Of a DNA stretch of 64,000 bases, positions 48,420 to 57,945 are shown piece after piece. The stretch is from Bacillota bacterium (GTDB lineage Bacteria > Bacillota > Ch66 > Ch109), in assembly GCA_050952625.1 (NCBI GenBank), contig JBMNLH010000001.1, positions 640,001-704,000 on the forward strand, given 5' to 3'. The notes beneath the pieces were generated by a model that saw nothing but the letters and a program-made list of their open reading frames with translations, did not search any database and was not told where the DNA came from. A program made the translations under genes and the position numbers. Each line of letters opens with the position of its first letter. Position 1 is the first letter of the stretch.

Positions 48420-51239
48420 ATGGATTATGACAAAACGTTAAACTTACCCCGAACTGATTTTCCCATGCGGGCAAACCTGCCCAAGCGGGAACCGGAAATG
48501 CTGCGATTCTGGGCTGAAATCAACCTGTACGAGCAGGTTCAAGCGGCCAGTAAAGGAAAGCCCCAGTTTATCTTGCACGACGGACCTCCCTACGCTAACG
48601 GGCATATCCACCTGGGAACTGCTTTAAACAAGGTTTTAAAAGATATCGTGATCAAATACCGAACCCACCGCGGATATGACTGTCCTTATGTGCCTGGTTG
48701 GGATACGCACGGTTTACCAATTGAGCAGCAAGCGATTAAAGATTTGGGAATTAACCGGAAGGAAACAGATGTCGCTGAGTTTCGTCGGCATTGTCGTGAC
48801 TATGCCCTGAAGTATGTCGATATTCAACGGGAGGAGTTTAAACGTCTGGGGGTTAGAGGAGATTGGGACAACCCATATCTGACGCTCAATCCTCTATTTG
48901 AGGCCGAACAAATAGGGGCTTTTGGAGAAATGGCCAAAAAGGGTTATATATATAAGGGGCTTAAGCCAGTCTACTGGTGTATTGATTGCGAAACCGCTCT
49001 GGCCGAAGCTGAAATCGAGTATCAGGATAAACGATCACCTTCGATTTATGTCAAGTTCCCGGTAAAAGATGCCCGGGGATTATTTTCTATCGATAATACC
49101 TGGGTAGTTATCTGGACCACCACCCCCTGGACCCTGCCCGCTAATCTGGGGATTGCTGTTCATCCAGAGTATAAGTATGTCCTAGTCCAGGTCGAACAAG
49201 AGAAATATGTGGTTGCGGAAGAATTACTACCTAGGTTTATGACGGAGGCTAACCTTCAGGATTACCAGGTACTGCAGTCTTTCAAAGGAACCGAACTAGA
49301 GAGAATAGTTTGCCGACACCCCTTTATGGACCGGGATTCACTCGTGATTTTAGGGGAACATGTTACCTTAGACCAGGGCACCGGCTGTGTCCACACTGCT
49401 CCCGGTCATGGCCAGGAAGACTTCGCCATTGGCCGCGTTTATGAGCTGGGAGTGATTTCGCCGGTCAACGATCAGGGTAAGTTTACCGAAGAAGGCGGTC
49501 CCTATGCCGGCATGTTTTACGAAAAGGCTAACAAAGCTATCGTGGCTGACCTGATTGAAGCCGGCAATATGGTCCGCCACAGTACGGTTGAACATCAGTA
49601 CCCTTACTGTTGGCGCTGCAAACATCCGGTTATTTTCCGAGCCACGGAACAGTGGTTTGCCTCAATCGATGGATTTCGGGAAGAAACCTTGAAGCAAATT
49701 GATCAGGTTCGCTGGATTCCGGCTTGGGGCCGAGATCGCATTTATAATATGGTGGCGGACCGAGGTGACTGGTGCATTTCACGCCAGCGAACCTGGGGCG
49801 TACCCATTCCTATCTTTTACTGTCAAGGATGTGGCAACACAGTTATTAACGATACCACGATTACTCATCTCCAGGAGATCTTCCGGCGAGAGGGTTCAGA
49901 TGCCTGGTTTATCCGGGAAGCGGCTGAGCTTTTACCAGCCGGTTACCAGTGCCCAGAATGCGGACATTCCGAGTTCCGCAAAGAAAAAGATATCATGGAC
50001 GTGTGGTTTGATTCCGGTACCAGTCATTTTGGGGTCCTCGAACTGCGGCCGGAATTGTCCTGGCCGGCTGATCTTTATTTGGAGGGAAGCGACCAGCATC
50101 GCGGTTGGTTTAACTCCTCGCTGTCTACCTCAGTTGCGGTCCGTGGGCTGGCTCCTTATCGGGCCGTCTTAACCCATGGTTATGTTGTGGATGAAAAGGG
50201 CCGCAAAATGTCCAAATCGTTGGGCAACGTGATCAGCCCATTGGAAGTAATCAAACAGATGGGGGCCGATATCCTGCGACTTTGGGTGTCTTCCTCGGAT
50301 TATAAAAATGATATTGCGGTTTCCCAGAGTATTCTAAAGCAGATGACGGAAGCTTATCGTAAGATCCGTAACACCTGCCGCTATATTCTAGGTAACTTGG
50401 CGGACTTTAATCCCCAGCAGGACCGGGTGCCGGTCGAGCAAATGAGCGAGCTGGACCGCTGGGCCCTGCTTAAATTGCATAAACTGATTCGCCGGGTAAC
50501 TGAAGCTTATGATAATTATGAGTTCCATCTAGTTTACCACAGTGTGCATAACTTCTGTACTGTAGACATGAGTGCTTTTTATCTGGATATCATCAAGGAT
50601 CGCCTGTATACCTCTCAACCCGAGGCCCCAGCCCGACGTGCGGCTCAGACCGTGCTTTACGAGGTGATTCAAGCCCTGGTTCGGTTAATTTCACCGGTGC
50701 TGGCTTTTACCGCGGAGGAGATCTGGCAGCACTTGCCGGCTGAACCGGGTAAAGCAATATCAGTTCAACTGGTGAGTTGGCCCGAGGTAAATGAAGCCTA
50801 TTTGGACCCAGAATTAGAACGACGCTGGGATCGCTTGCTGGATGTACGGGAAGTGGTCTCCAAAGCCCTGGAACTGGCACGACAAGAGAAAAAGATTGGC
50901 CACTCCTTGGGTGCTGCCGTAAGCATTTACCCGGACCGGCAGTTATACGGATTCTTGCTTTCATTTTTACCGGATTTAGCGGATATATTTATAGTGTCTC
51001 AGGTTTCTTTAGCAAAACCGGGTGAAGATATTCCAACCGAAGCCTATGCTTCTGATGAACTACCGGGATTGAGGGTATTGGTAACAACAGCAGCCGGCGA
51101 AAAGTGCGTGCGCTGCTGGAAGTTTAGTGAAGAAACAAGTAAGGATGCTCAGGAGGCGGCCCTCTGCCCTCGGTGTTCCCAGGTTATTTTAGAAATTGGG
51201 CATAAGGCAGATCTGGACTTTAATTCTAGACTCACATGA
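48420..51239 (+). CDS. ileS: Isoleucine--tRNA ligase (type 1)
   Basis: DGPPYANG.IHLGT, GWDTHGLPIE, WTTTPWT, KMSKS, C-terminal C-x2-C...C-x2-C zinc finger. Confidence 0.98.
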   Translation: MDYDKTLNLPRTDFPMRANLPKREPEMLRFWAEINLYEQVQAASKGKPQFILHDGPPYANGHIHLGTALNKVLKDIVIKYRTHRGYDCPYVPGWDTHGLPIEQQAIKDLGINRKETDVAEFRRHCRDYALKYVDIQREEFKRLGVRGDWDNPYLTLNPLFEAEQIGAFGEMAKKGYIYKGLKPVYWCIDCETALAEAEIEYQDKRSPSIYVKFPVKDARGLFSIDNTWVVIWTTTPWTLPANLGIAVHPEYKYVLVQVEQEKYVVAEELLPRFMTEANLQDYQVLQSFKGTELERIVCRHPFMDRDSLVILGEHVTLDQGTGCVHTAPGHGQEDFAIGRVYELGVISPVNDQGKFTEEGGPYAGMFYEKANKAIVADLIEAGNMVRHSTVEHQYPYCWRCKHPVIFRATEQWFASIDGFREETLKQIDQVRWIPAWGRDRIYNMVADRGDWCISRQRTWGVPIPIFYCQGCGNTVINDTTITHLQEIFRREGSDAWFIREAAELLPAGYQCPECGHSEFRKEKDIMDVWFDSGTSHFGVLELRPELSWPADLYLEGSDQHRGWFNSSLSTSVAVRGLAPYRAVLTHGYVVDEKGRKMSKSLGNVISPLEVIKQMGADILRLWVSSSDYKNDIAVSQSILKQMTEAYRKIRNTCRYILGNLADFNPQQDRVPVEQMSELDRWALLKLHKLIRRVTEAYDNYEFHLVYHSVHNFCTVDMSAFYLDIIKDRLYTSQPEAPARRAAQTVLYEVIQALVRLISPVLAFTAEEIWQHLPAEPGKAISVQLVSWPEVNEAYLDPELERRWDRLLDVREVVSKALELARQEKKIGHSLGAAVSIYPDRQLYGFLLSFLPDLADIFIVSQVSLAKPGEDIPTEAYASDELPGLRVLVTTAAGEKCVRCWKFSEETSKDAQEAALCPRCSQVILEIGHKADLDFNSRLT

Positions 51240-51308
51240 CAGCGAGGTTATTCTTCACTTCGTTTTTGGAATGACTAAATAATTGAACATGATGAGATGT
51301 TAGCTGGC

Positions 51309-51344
51309 AGAGGTAGCTAATTCTAACCAGGATTAGCTGCCTCT
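51309..51344 (+). terminator. Stem-loop after ileS
   Basis: AGAGGTAGCTAAT/ATTAGCTGCCTCT; weak T-tail. Confidence 0.5.
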
Positions 51345-51407
51345 AATGTCCGACATCCAACGTCTAACGCCTAGCGTCTAACGTCTAACGTCTAATGTTT
51401 AATGTCT
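51345..51407 (+). repeat. Heptamer tandem repeat, nine units, consensus AACGTCT
   Basis: aatgtcc gacatcc aacgtct aacgcct agcgtct aacgtct aacgtct aatgttt aatgtct. Confidence 0.85.
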
Positions 51408-51424
51408 AGACAGGGGGTGAGACC

Positions 51425-51700
51425 ATTAATAATCGGGTAATCGTTACTGTGTTGGGTCAGGATCGAGTTGGCATAATTGCCGGCATTGCAACGGTATTAG
51501 CTGAAGCTAATATCAATATCCTTGATATCAGTCAGACTATTTTGCAGGAATTTTTTGTTATGATTGCGGTGGTGGATCTTGGTCAGGCCACAATTGATCT
51601 GGCGGAGTTACAGCAGCGGCTGGATGAAAAGGGAAAAGAGCTAGGGCTTAAGGTGACGGCTCAGCATGAAGATATCTTTCGCTTTATGCACCGAATATAA
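51425..51700 (+). CDS. ACT-domain protein UPF0237, probable ATT start
   Basis: [16 protein letters not shown]...NILDISQTI...QHEDIF..MHRI; SD GGGGG at 51413-51417, 7 nt before ATT 51425. Confidence 0.88.
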   Translation: MNNRVIVTVLGQDRVGIIAGIATVLAEANINILDISQTILQEFFVMIAVVDLGQATIDLAELQQRLDEKGKELGLKVTAQHEDIFRFMHRI

Positions 51701-51720
51701 AGGGAGAAGGAGAGAGTATT

Positions 51721-53088
51721 GTGCCTGTCTCACTTAGTCCGGAAGAGATTATCGAAACTATCAGGATGGTAGATGTCCAGAATTTGGATATCAGGACCAT
51801 TACCCTGGGTATAAGCTTACGAGATTGTGTTGATTCGGATCTTAAGCGACTAAGTCAACGGATTTATAATAAGATTGTCTGTCTGGCCCACAACCTGGTT
51901 CAGGTCGGGGAGGAATTATCGCGCGATTATGGGATACCGATTATTAATAAAAGGATTTCAGTGACCCCTATTTCATTAGTAGCTGAGGGTTGTGCGGCGG
52001 AGGATTTTGTTCCTTTGGCGGAAACCCTGGAAAAAGCTGCTGTTGAAGTGGGGGTAAATTTTATCGGCGGTTTTTCTGCACTCGTACACAAAGGCTTGAC
52101 TCAGGGAGATGCCAAATTAATCAGCAGTATCCCACGGGCTTTAGCCTTGACTGAGCGAGTCTGCTCATCGGTTAATGTAGCGACGACTAAGGCCGGAATT
52201 AATATGGATGCGGTAATGCGGATGGGCGAGGTTATCAAAGAAACAGCAGAGTTAACTGCGGACCGTGACGGCCTCGGGTGTGCTAAATTGGTGGTTTTTT
52301 GCAATGTACCAGAAGATAATCCGTTTATGGCTGGAGCTTTCCATGGCGTAGGCGAGCCAGAGTGTACGATCAATATCGGGGTTAGCGGTCCCGGGGTGGT
52401 ACTGGATACGGTGCGCCGTTTTCAGGGAGCAGATTTTGGCACTTTATCTACCGCCATCAAACACACCGCCTTTAAGGTCACCAGAATGGGAGAACTAATT
52501 GGCCGGAGGGCATCAGAAAAACTAGGAGTACCTTTCGGGATCGTTGATCTTTCGTTGGCCCCAACGCCGGCCATCGGGGATAGCGTGGCCGACATTCTGG
52601 AAGCGATGGGTTTGGAAAGATGCGGAACCCATGGGACCACAGCCGCTTTAGCCCTCCTAAATGACGCGGTCAAGAAAGGCGGGGCTATGGCCTCGTCCTA
52701 TGTGGGAGGGTTGAGTGGGGCCTTTATCCCGGTCAGTGAAGATGCTGGGATGGTGGCGGCCTTAGAGGCCGGGGCCCTTACTTTTGATAAACTAGAAGCA
52801 ATGACCTGTGTTTGCTCAGTCGGTTTAGATATGATTGCCCTTCCGGGCGATACCCCAGCCGAGACCATTGCGGCGATAATTGCTGATGAAGCAGCGATCG
52901 GAATGATCAACCGAAAGACTACGGCCGCCCGGTTGATTCCAGTCCCTGGGAAAAAAGTCGGCGATAAAGTCGAGTTTGGTGGTTTGCTGGGAAGTTCGCC
53001 AATCATGGCAGTACACCAATTTAAGGCTGCTGGCTTTGCCAGACGAGGTGGCCGTATTCCGGCCCCCATTCAGGCTTTGACTAATTAA
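51721..53088 (+). CDS. UPF0210 / DUF711 PFL-like family protein
   Basis: [55 protein letters not shown]. Confidence 0.92.
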   Translation: MPVSLSPEEIIETIRMVDVQNLDIRTITLGISLRDCVDSDLKRLSQRIYNKIVCLAHNLVQVGEELSRDYGIPIINKRISVTPISLVAEGCAAEDFVPLAETLEKAAVEVGVNFIGGFSALVHKGLTQGDAKLISSIPRALALTERVCSSVNVATTKAGINMDAVMRMGEVIKETAELTADRDGLGCAKLVVFCNVPEDNPFMAGAFHGVGEPECTINIGVSGPGVVLDTVRRFQGADFGTLSTAIKHTAFKVTRMGELIGRRASEKLGVPFGIVDLSLAPTPAIGDSVADILEAMGLERCGTHGTTAALALLNDAVKKGGAMASSYVGGLSGAFIPVSEDAGMVAALEAGALTFDKLEAMTCVCSVGLDMIALPGDTPAETIAAIIADEAAIGMINRKTTAARLIPVPGKKVGDKVEFGGLLGSSPIMAVHQFKAAGFARRGGRIPAPIQALTN

Positions 53089-53222
53089 GGTGTAAGGCGA
53101 GAGAGGTGAGGCTTGAAAAAGAGGCTTTAAGAGGTGAGCCGCAAGACGTTGCGTGAAAAATTAACGAGGATGTGGATCGCCCTTAGTTTCATTTTTTTTA
53201 AGCAAGAGGAAAGGAGAAATCG

Positions 53223-53936
53223 GTGCTTGCGTTAGTAGAGCACGGTCAGGTGATTCAATTTTGCTTTACCAGAAAAATTTTCGGTTACCGCCTGGCCCAG
53301 GTTAATGCCTTCCTGGTTGACGGTTTACTAATAGATACCGGGCCGTCAACGATGTCGCGGGAAATGATTAAAGCTGGCAAGCAATTGCGGCTGGAACAGA
53401 TTGTTAATACGCACCACCACGAGGATCATATTGGAAACAATGCAGTGTTGCAAAGAGAGTTCAGTTTGCCGATTCGAGCGCATCGGGATGCCCTGCCAGC
53501 TATCCGGCAGCCTCGGGAAAACCTTAAATTAAATCCTTATCAACGGTTGCTTTGGGGTTGGCCGACTATGGCCAAAGCTCGTCGTATTGGAAGTCACATC
53601 CGTACTCCGTCTCATTTCTTCCGAGTATTACCGACTCCCGGTCACAGTCCCGATCACATTTGTTTGTACGAAGAAAAGCAGGGTTGGTTATTTGCCGGGG
53701 ATCTGTTGTGCACTGGTTCAACACGAGGATTTCAACCGATTTGGGATCAGAAGGTGTTGCTGGATTCATTAAGAAAAGTAGCCAATCTAGATCTTTCGGT
53801 AATATTCTGTGCTTCATCCGGTTTGATACCAGATCCGAAGCGATTAATTCAGACGCGGATTACTCATTGGCGAAATAGATTGGCCGAACAAGCTAGAGAA
53901 ATAGATATAAAGCCGCAAATCGGGGTAAAATATTAA
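53223..53936 (+). CDS. Metallo-beta-lactamase fold hydrolase
   Basis: LIDTG, THHHEDH (HxHxDH), TPGHS.DH, LFAGD. Confidence 0.88.
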   Translation: MLALVEHGQVIQFCFTRKIFGYRLAQVNAFLVDGLLIDTGPSTMSREMIKAGKQLRLEQIVNTHHHEDHIGNNAVLQREFSLPIRAHRDALPAIRQPRENLKLNPYQRLLWGWPTMAKARRIGSHIRTPSHFFRVLPTPGHSPDHICLYEEKQGWLFAGDLLCTGSTRGFQPIWDQKVLLDSLRKVANLDLSVIFCASSGLIPDPKRLIQTRITHWRNRLAEQAREIDIKPQIGVKY

Positions 53937-53954
53937 GGAGAGGAGGGTGTAGCC

Positions 53955-54350
53955 TTGGAACCATCTGATATCAAAAAATCTGGGGAAAAGGGACAACCTC
54001 CTTTTTTCAAAAAGGGGTCTTTTTTTCCGCTAGCTCAGTCTGGTGAGGAGAACTTGCCGGGGCTAATTCACTGGCTAATCGAAAAAATGACAGACTTAAC
54101 CTTAGCAATGGAAAAAATGAATTTAGCAGAGTATATTCATTTGCTAAATCGCCCCGGACGTCTGTTGTATATTAATTTTATTGCCGGAGTGGCTCGAGGT
54201 TTTGGTATTGCTGTCGGTTTTGCTCTGCTTGGGGCGGTTCTGGTCTATCTATTACAAAAGCTAATGTTTTTAAATCTTCCCTTGATCGGTGATTTTATCG
54301 CCGATATTGTGGAAATGGTTCAGGCACAGATTCAAAACCGGCGTATTTAA
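53955..54350 (+). CDS. DUF5665 family small membrane protein
   Basis: EY..LL..P.RLL..NF.AG.ARGFG.AVG...LPLIG.FIA.IV; a SigF/G-like GATATA...GGTAAAATA lies upstream. Confidence 0.75.
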   Translation: MEPSDIKKSGEKGQPPFFKKGSFFPLAQSGEENLPGLIHWLIEKMTDLTLAMEKMNLAEYIHLLNRPGRLLYINFIAGVARGFGIAVGFALLGAVLVYLLQKLMFLNLPLIGDFIADIVEMVQAQIQNRRI

Positions 54351-54385
54351 GAGTATTATTATATATAAGAGCAGGTGTAGTTAAC

Positions 54386-55093
54386 TTGGACTGGCAGAAA
54401 CAGAAAGAGCAATTGTTGACGCAAAAACAGGAAATTGAAAAAAGCTTAAGCAACCTGACTGAAGCCGGCCTGGGTGAATCAATGGCTGATTCAGTTGAGG
54501 AACTATCTAGCTATGATAATCATCCGGCTGATCTTGGCAGTGAAATGTTTGAGCGGAGTAAGGATCTGGCCTTACGGGATAATTTGCGAATTCAACTGGT
54601 TAAAATAAACGGTGCCTTGCAAGCAATAGACGCTGGAACATATGGCAATTGCTCAGAATGCGGCAATCCAATCTCCGAAGAACGACTAACTGCCATGCCT
54701 TCAACGACGTTGTGTCTTGAGTGCAAAGCAAAAGAAGAATTGTTGGATCAGCATCCTCGTCCGGTTGAGGAGGAGGTTATCGAACTGCCCTTTGGGAAAC
54801 ATGGTTACGACTTGGAGGATGAGGCTAAACAGAGTGGAGTCGGTTTTGATGGTGAGGATGCCTGGCAGGAAGTGGCCCGTTTTGGGGAACACGCCCAGGG
54901 ATCAGGGGCTGGGGCTTATTATGGAGACCTGGATCTGGATGAAACCAGGGGATCGGTTGAAGCAGTAGAAGAAATCCCCTACATTAAGGGAGCAGATGGA
55001 CTGTTCTATGAAGACTTTTATGGCCATGACGATGAAAATTCGCCGAGAGAACGGTTAATCGGTGATGAGCGGCCGGACAAGTTAAATAACTAA
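54386..55093 (+). CDS. yteA: YteA family sporulation protein (TraR/DksA C4 zinc finger)
   Basis: ELSSYDNHPAD, GTYGNCSECG...LCLEC, RPVEEEV, FDGEDAWQEV. Confidence 0.88.
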   Translation: MDWQKQKEQLLTQKQEIEKSLSNLTEAGLGESMADSVEELSSYDNHPADLGSEMFERSKDLALRDNLRIQLVKINGALQAIDAGTYGNCSECGNPISEERLTAMPSTTLCLECKAKEELLDQHPRPVEEEVIELPFGKHGYDLEDEAKQSGVGFDGEDAWQEVARFGEHAQGSGAGAYYGDLDLDETRGSVEAVEEIPYIKGADGLFYEDFYGHDDENSPRERLIGDERPDKLNN

Positions 55094-55131
55094 TTATCAT
55101 AAAATGTGATTGAGATTCAGGAGGGAGCATC

Positions 55132-56310
55132 GTGAGAATAGGCGTATTCAGCGATAGCTACAAACCTTATGTTAGCGGGGTCGTTAATTCCATTGAGACA
55201 TTTACTCAGGAACTCCGTTCTTTAGGTCATGAAGTCTATATTTTCGCCCCTAATTATCCCAATTTACAGGCGAGACCCGTTGAAGAGTTTGGGATTTTTC
55301 GCTTTCATTCCGTACCAGCCCCAACCAATCGTGATTATAGCCTAGCGATACCCTTCTCCTTTAAGTTTGGGCCTGCTTTAAAGGCATTAAATCTGGATTT
55401 GATTCATGTCCATACTCCCTTTATTCTGGGGCAGGTGGGGGCGATTCAGGCTCGCCGGTTAAACCTCCCCTTGGTCTTTACGTACCACACCCTCTATGAA
55501 CAGTATGTCCACTATGTACCAATTAACCAAAACTTTACTCGGGAGGTTGTGGTTCGGTACAGTCGTCATTTTTGTAATCATTGTGACTTGGTAATTACCC
55601 CTACCGGTAAAGTCAAAGACCTGTTGGTTAATTACGGCGTCCGGAAACCGATCCAGGTTATTCCAACCGGGATTGACCTGAACCGTTTCAGTCAGGGAGA
55701 TGCGCAATGGCTGCGGCGTCGGTTTGAACTGGATCCATTAGATAAGGTCTTACTTTTTGTTGGACGTTTGACTAAAGAAAAAAATGTGGACTTCCTAATC
55801 CAGGCTTTTGCCCAGATACAAAAACAGTATCCTCGAACTGTTCTGGTTATAGTCGCCGGTGGACCAGAGGAGAACAATCTGAAAACGCTGGTTCAAAATT
55901 TACGATTAGAAAAACAGGTAATTTTTACCGGTCGATTAACGGGGGCGGATTTGGTTAATGCTTATCATGGCGCGGACATCTTTGTTTTCCCCTCGGTGAC
56001 AGAAACCCAGGGCTTAGTTATTCTAGAAGCGATGGCAGCCGGCCTTCCAGTCGCTGCTGTTGATGCCAATGGGGTATCGGACATGATAAGTCCCGGGGTA
56101 GACGGCATCCTGACCCAATATTCAATAGAATCCTTTGCCAATGGAGTTTGCCAATTACTCGGGGATGAAAAGAAACTGGAGTCAATGGTTACAGCCGCCC
56201 TTAATAAAGCGTTTGATTTATCCTCGGCTAGGATGGCTGTGCGGTTAGAAGAAGCCTACCAGAATGTCCTTCAAAATAGGTGGGGTCTTGACCGAAGGAT
56301 CACAAGTTAG
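55132..56310 (+). CDS. Glycosyltransferase family 4 (diacylglycerol glucosyltransferase-like)
   Basis: SDSY.P.VSGV, HVHTPF, FVGRL..EKN, ETQGLVILEAMA. Confidence 0.9.
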   Translation: MRIGVFSDSYKPYVSGVVNSIETFTQELRSLGHEVYIFAPNYPNLQARPVEEFGIFRFHSVPAPTNRDYSLAIPFSFKFGPALKALNLDLIHVHTPFILGQVGAIQARRLNLPLVFTYHTLYEQYVHYVPINQNFTREVVVRYSRHFCNHCDLVITPTGKVKDLLVNYGVRKPIQVIPTGIDLNRFSQGDAQWLRRRFELDPLDKVLLFVGRLTKEKNVDFLIQAFAQIQKQYPRTVLVIVAGGPEENNLKTLVQNLRLEKQVIFTGRLTGADLVNAYHGADIFVFPSVTETQGLVILEAMAAGLPVAAVDANGVSDMISPGVDGILTQYSIESFANGVCQLLGDEKKLESMVTAALNKAFDLSSARMAVRLEEAYQNVLQNRWGLDRRITS

Positions 56311-56438
56311 AACAACAATTTGTATAATCTTTGTCATTGCTATGAATACAGCCATCGTGGTGCAAGCAACGCGTGACTAATTCTGAGCGAAGCGAGGTTA
56401 AACGGAAAAATAATCAAACTGGGAGGGTATGCAGTAGG

Positions 56439-56843
56439 GTGGTTCAGGCAGATAAGCTTTATCAGCAGTTTGAGAAGGATGCCTTGGCGAAACTGCTAGG
56501 GATCCAAATTATTGATATTCAACCCGGCTACGCCCGCACTCATCTTGAGGTTAATTCAAATCTGGTTAACGCTCTAGGCATGACCCATGGCAGTACGGTT
56601 TTTGCCCTGGTGGACATGGCTTTGGCGGCTGCCAGCAACTCGCGGGATAAGGTGGCGGTTGCGCAAAACGTTAGCATTCATTTTATGAAGGCAACCCATC
56701 CCGGGGATCAACTATACGCTACGGCTACGGAAGAAAACTTGACGAACCGGACCGGTATCTACCGAATAGTGGTCGAAAACGAAGCGGGAGAGAAGATTGC
56801 GGTGGCAACCGGAACCGCTTACCGGACTGGTAGTGGTCATTAA
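56439..56843 (+). CDS. PaaI family hotdog-fold thioesterase
   Basis: N..GMTHGS.VFALVD.ALAAASNS; GTG 56439 chosen from SD GGAGGG. Confidence 0.85.
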   Translation: MVQADKLYQQFEKDALAKLLGIQIIDIQPGYARTHLEVNSNLVNALGMTHGSTVFALVDMALAAASNSRDKVAVAQNVSIHFMKATHPGDQLYATATEENLTNRTGIYRIVVENEAGEKIAVATGTAYRTGSGH

Positions 56844-56879
56844 CCAAGTTCAGCGCGAAATTTGCTATATTTAGTGCAT

Positions 56880-56910
56880 GGCTAATATTTTGGTATTAGC
56901 CTATTTCTTT
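56880..56910. terminator. Probable terminator between convergent genes
   Basis: GGCTAATA/TATTAGCC stem followed by TATTTCTTT. Confidence 0.55.
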
Positions 56911-57013
56911 GTTAGTAGCAAGAGTGATCAATGAGAATAATTTCAAAATCATCGGCATTGTAGATAATTTGATATTTAATGTCTAACGGTTAAGAATAGA
57001 GAAAGCAGCCGGT

Positions 57014-57442
57014 TTATGGCTGCTTTTCTATTGACTTTATGCCAAGGGCTTCTTTGATAGAAGTTTGAAGGAGCTGCGAGAAATTAAGCCCCGCTTCTTC
57101 CCCAGCATCACGCAACCATTTGGGTAATGTGCAGTTTTTAGTTACCGCTTTGTTTAAAGATTCATTGCGATATGGTGGTAAATAAATCTCTACAAACACA
57201 ATTCGGTCACTCGACTCAAGTAATTCAATGTTTTCAGGGTCAGATGGGGTGGGGAGCTGTCGCCCTTGCTCCTCCAATTCTAAGGCAAGGTTAGCGAGCA
57301 TTTCTTTTGCCCGTCGGATACCATCGGTAAGATCGGTACTGAGAATGGCGGTACCAGGGAAATCGGGGAAATACATACCTATTCCGCCATCTTCTGCTTT
57401 CTCAACTACGATCGGGTATATTAAATGGTTTTTGTAAGACAT
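57014..57442 (-). CDS. hicB: HicB family antitoxin
   Basis: YP......DGG....FPDFPG...A...L...; C-terminal K..TLPKWL...GLNFSQLLQ; SD AGGAGTGA before ATG 57442. Confidence 0.9.
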   Translation of the reverse strand: MSYKNHLIYPIVVEKAEDGGIGMYFPDFPGTAILSTDLTDGIRRAKEMLANLALELEEQGRQLPTPSDPENIELLESSDRIVFVEIYLPPYRNESLNKAVTKNCTLPKWLRDAGEEAGLNFSQLLQTSIKEALGIKSIEKQP

Positions 57443-57494
57443 GAAATTCACTCCTTCTGTGCATTGCGTAATTATCTTAGGATTTATCAGGAGA

Positions 57495-57710
57495 TTAGAA
57501 TTTAACTCCTGACGTGCGTTCTATACTTTTAAGTGTACCTTTGGGGACTACCTGACCACTATTGTGGTAACTGATATCAGCGTACCTCGTTGGATCATCT
57601 TTATGTATGTATCGTTGGTGGCTACTACCGCTTCCGTGGCTTGGGGATTTAATGAAACCCTCTTGCTTTAGGGTTCGTAGTATTTCTCTAACTGTGATTT
57701 GCTTTCCCAA
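57495..57710 (-). CDS. hicA: HicA family mRNA interferase toxin
   Basis: REILRTLKQEGF...GSSH...H....VPKGTLKSI; immediately upstream of hicB. Confidence 0.88.
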   Translation of the reverse strand: MGKQITVREILRTLKQEGFIKSPSHGSGSSHQRYIHKDDPTRYADISYHNSGQVVPKGTLKSIERTSGVKF

Positions 57711-57888
57711 ATCGTGCCCCCCTTCCTGTTATAATTATAACACGCATAAATAGTGCGCATCAATAGAGGGGATAATAATATTGTAAATGTTGCGATAAGT
57801 ATAATCTATAATTCGGGAGAGTGATGAGTAATGGTTTTTGAAAAAGTTTAAGCGGTAGTACCTGGCGATTTCTAAAAGTCACCAATAT

Positions 57889-57932
57889 AAAACAGGAGGG
57901 ATTTCAGCTGCCAAAGCTGCCCCTCCTGTTTT
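57889..57932 (-). terminator. Bidirectional intrinsic terminator
   Basis: AAAACAGGAGGG...CCCTCCTGTTTT. Confidence 0.8.
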
Positions 57933-57945
57933 AGAGTGTGACTAA

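Noticed and set aside
51345-51407. Tandem repeat as a CRISPR array
   Set aside because: 7-bp units without spacers; no cas genes.
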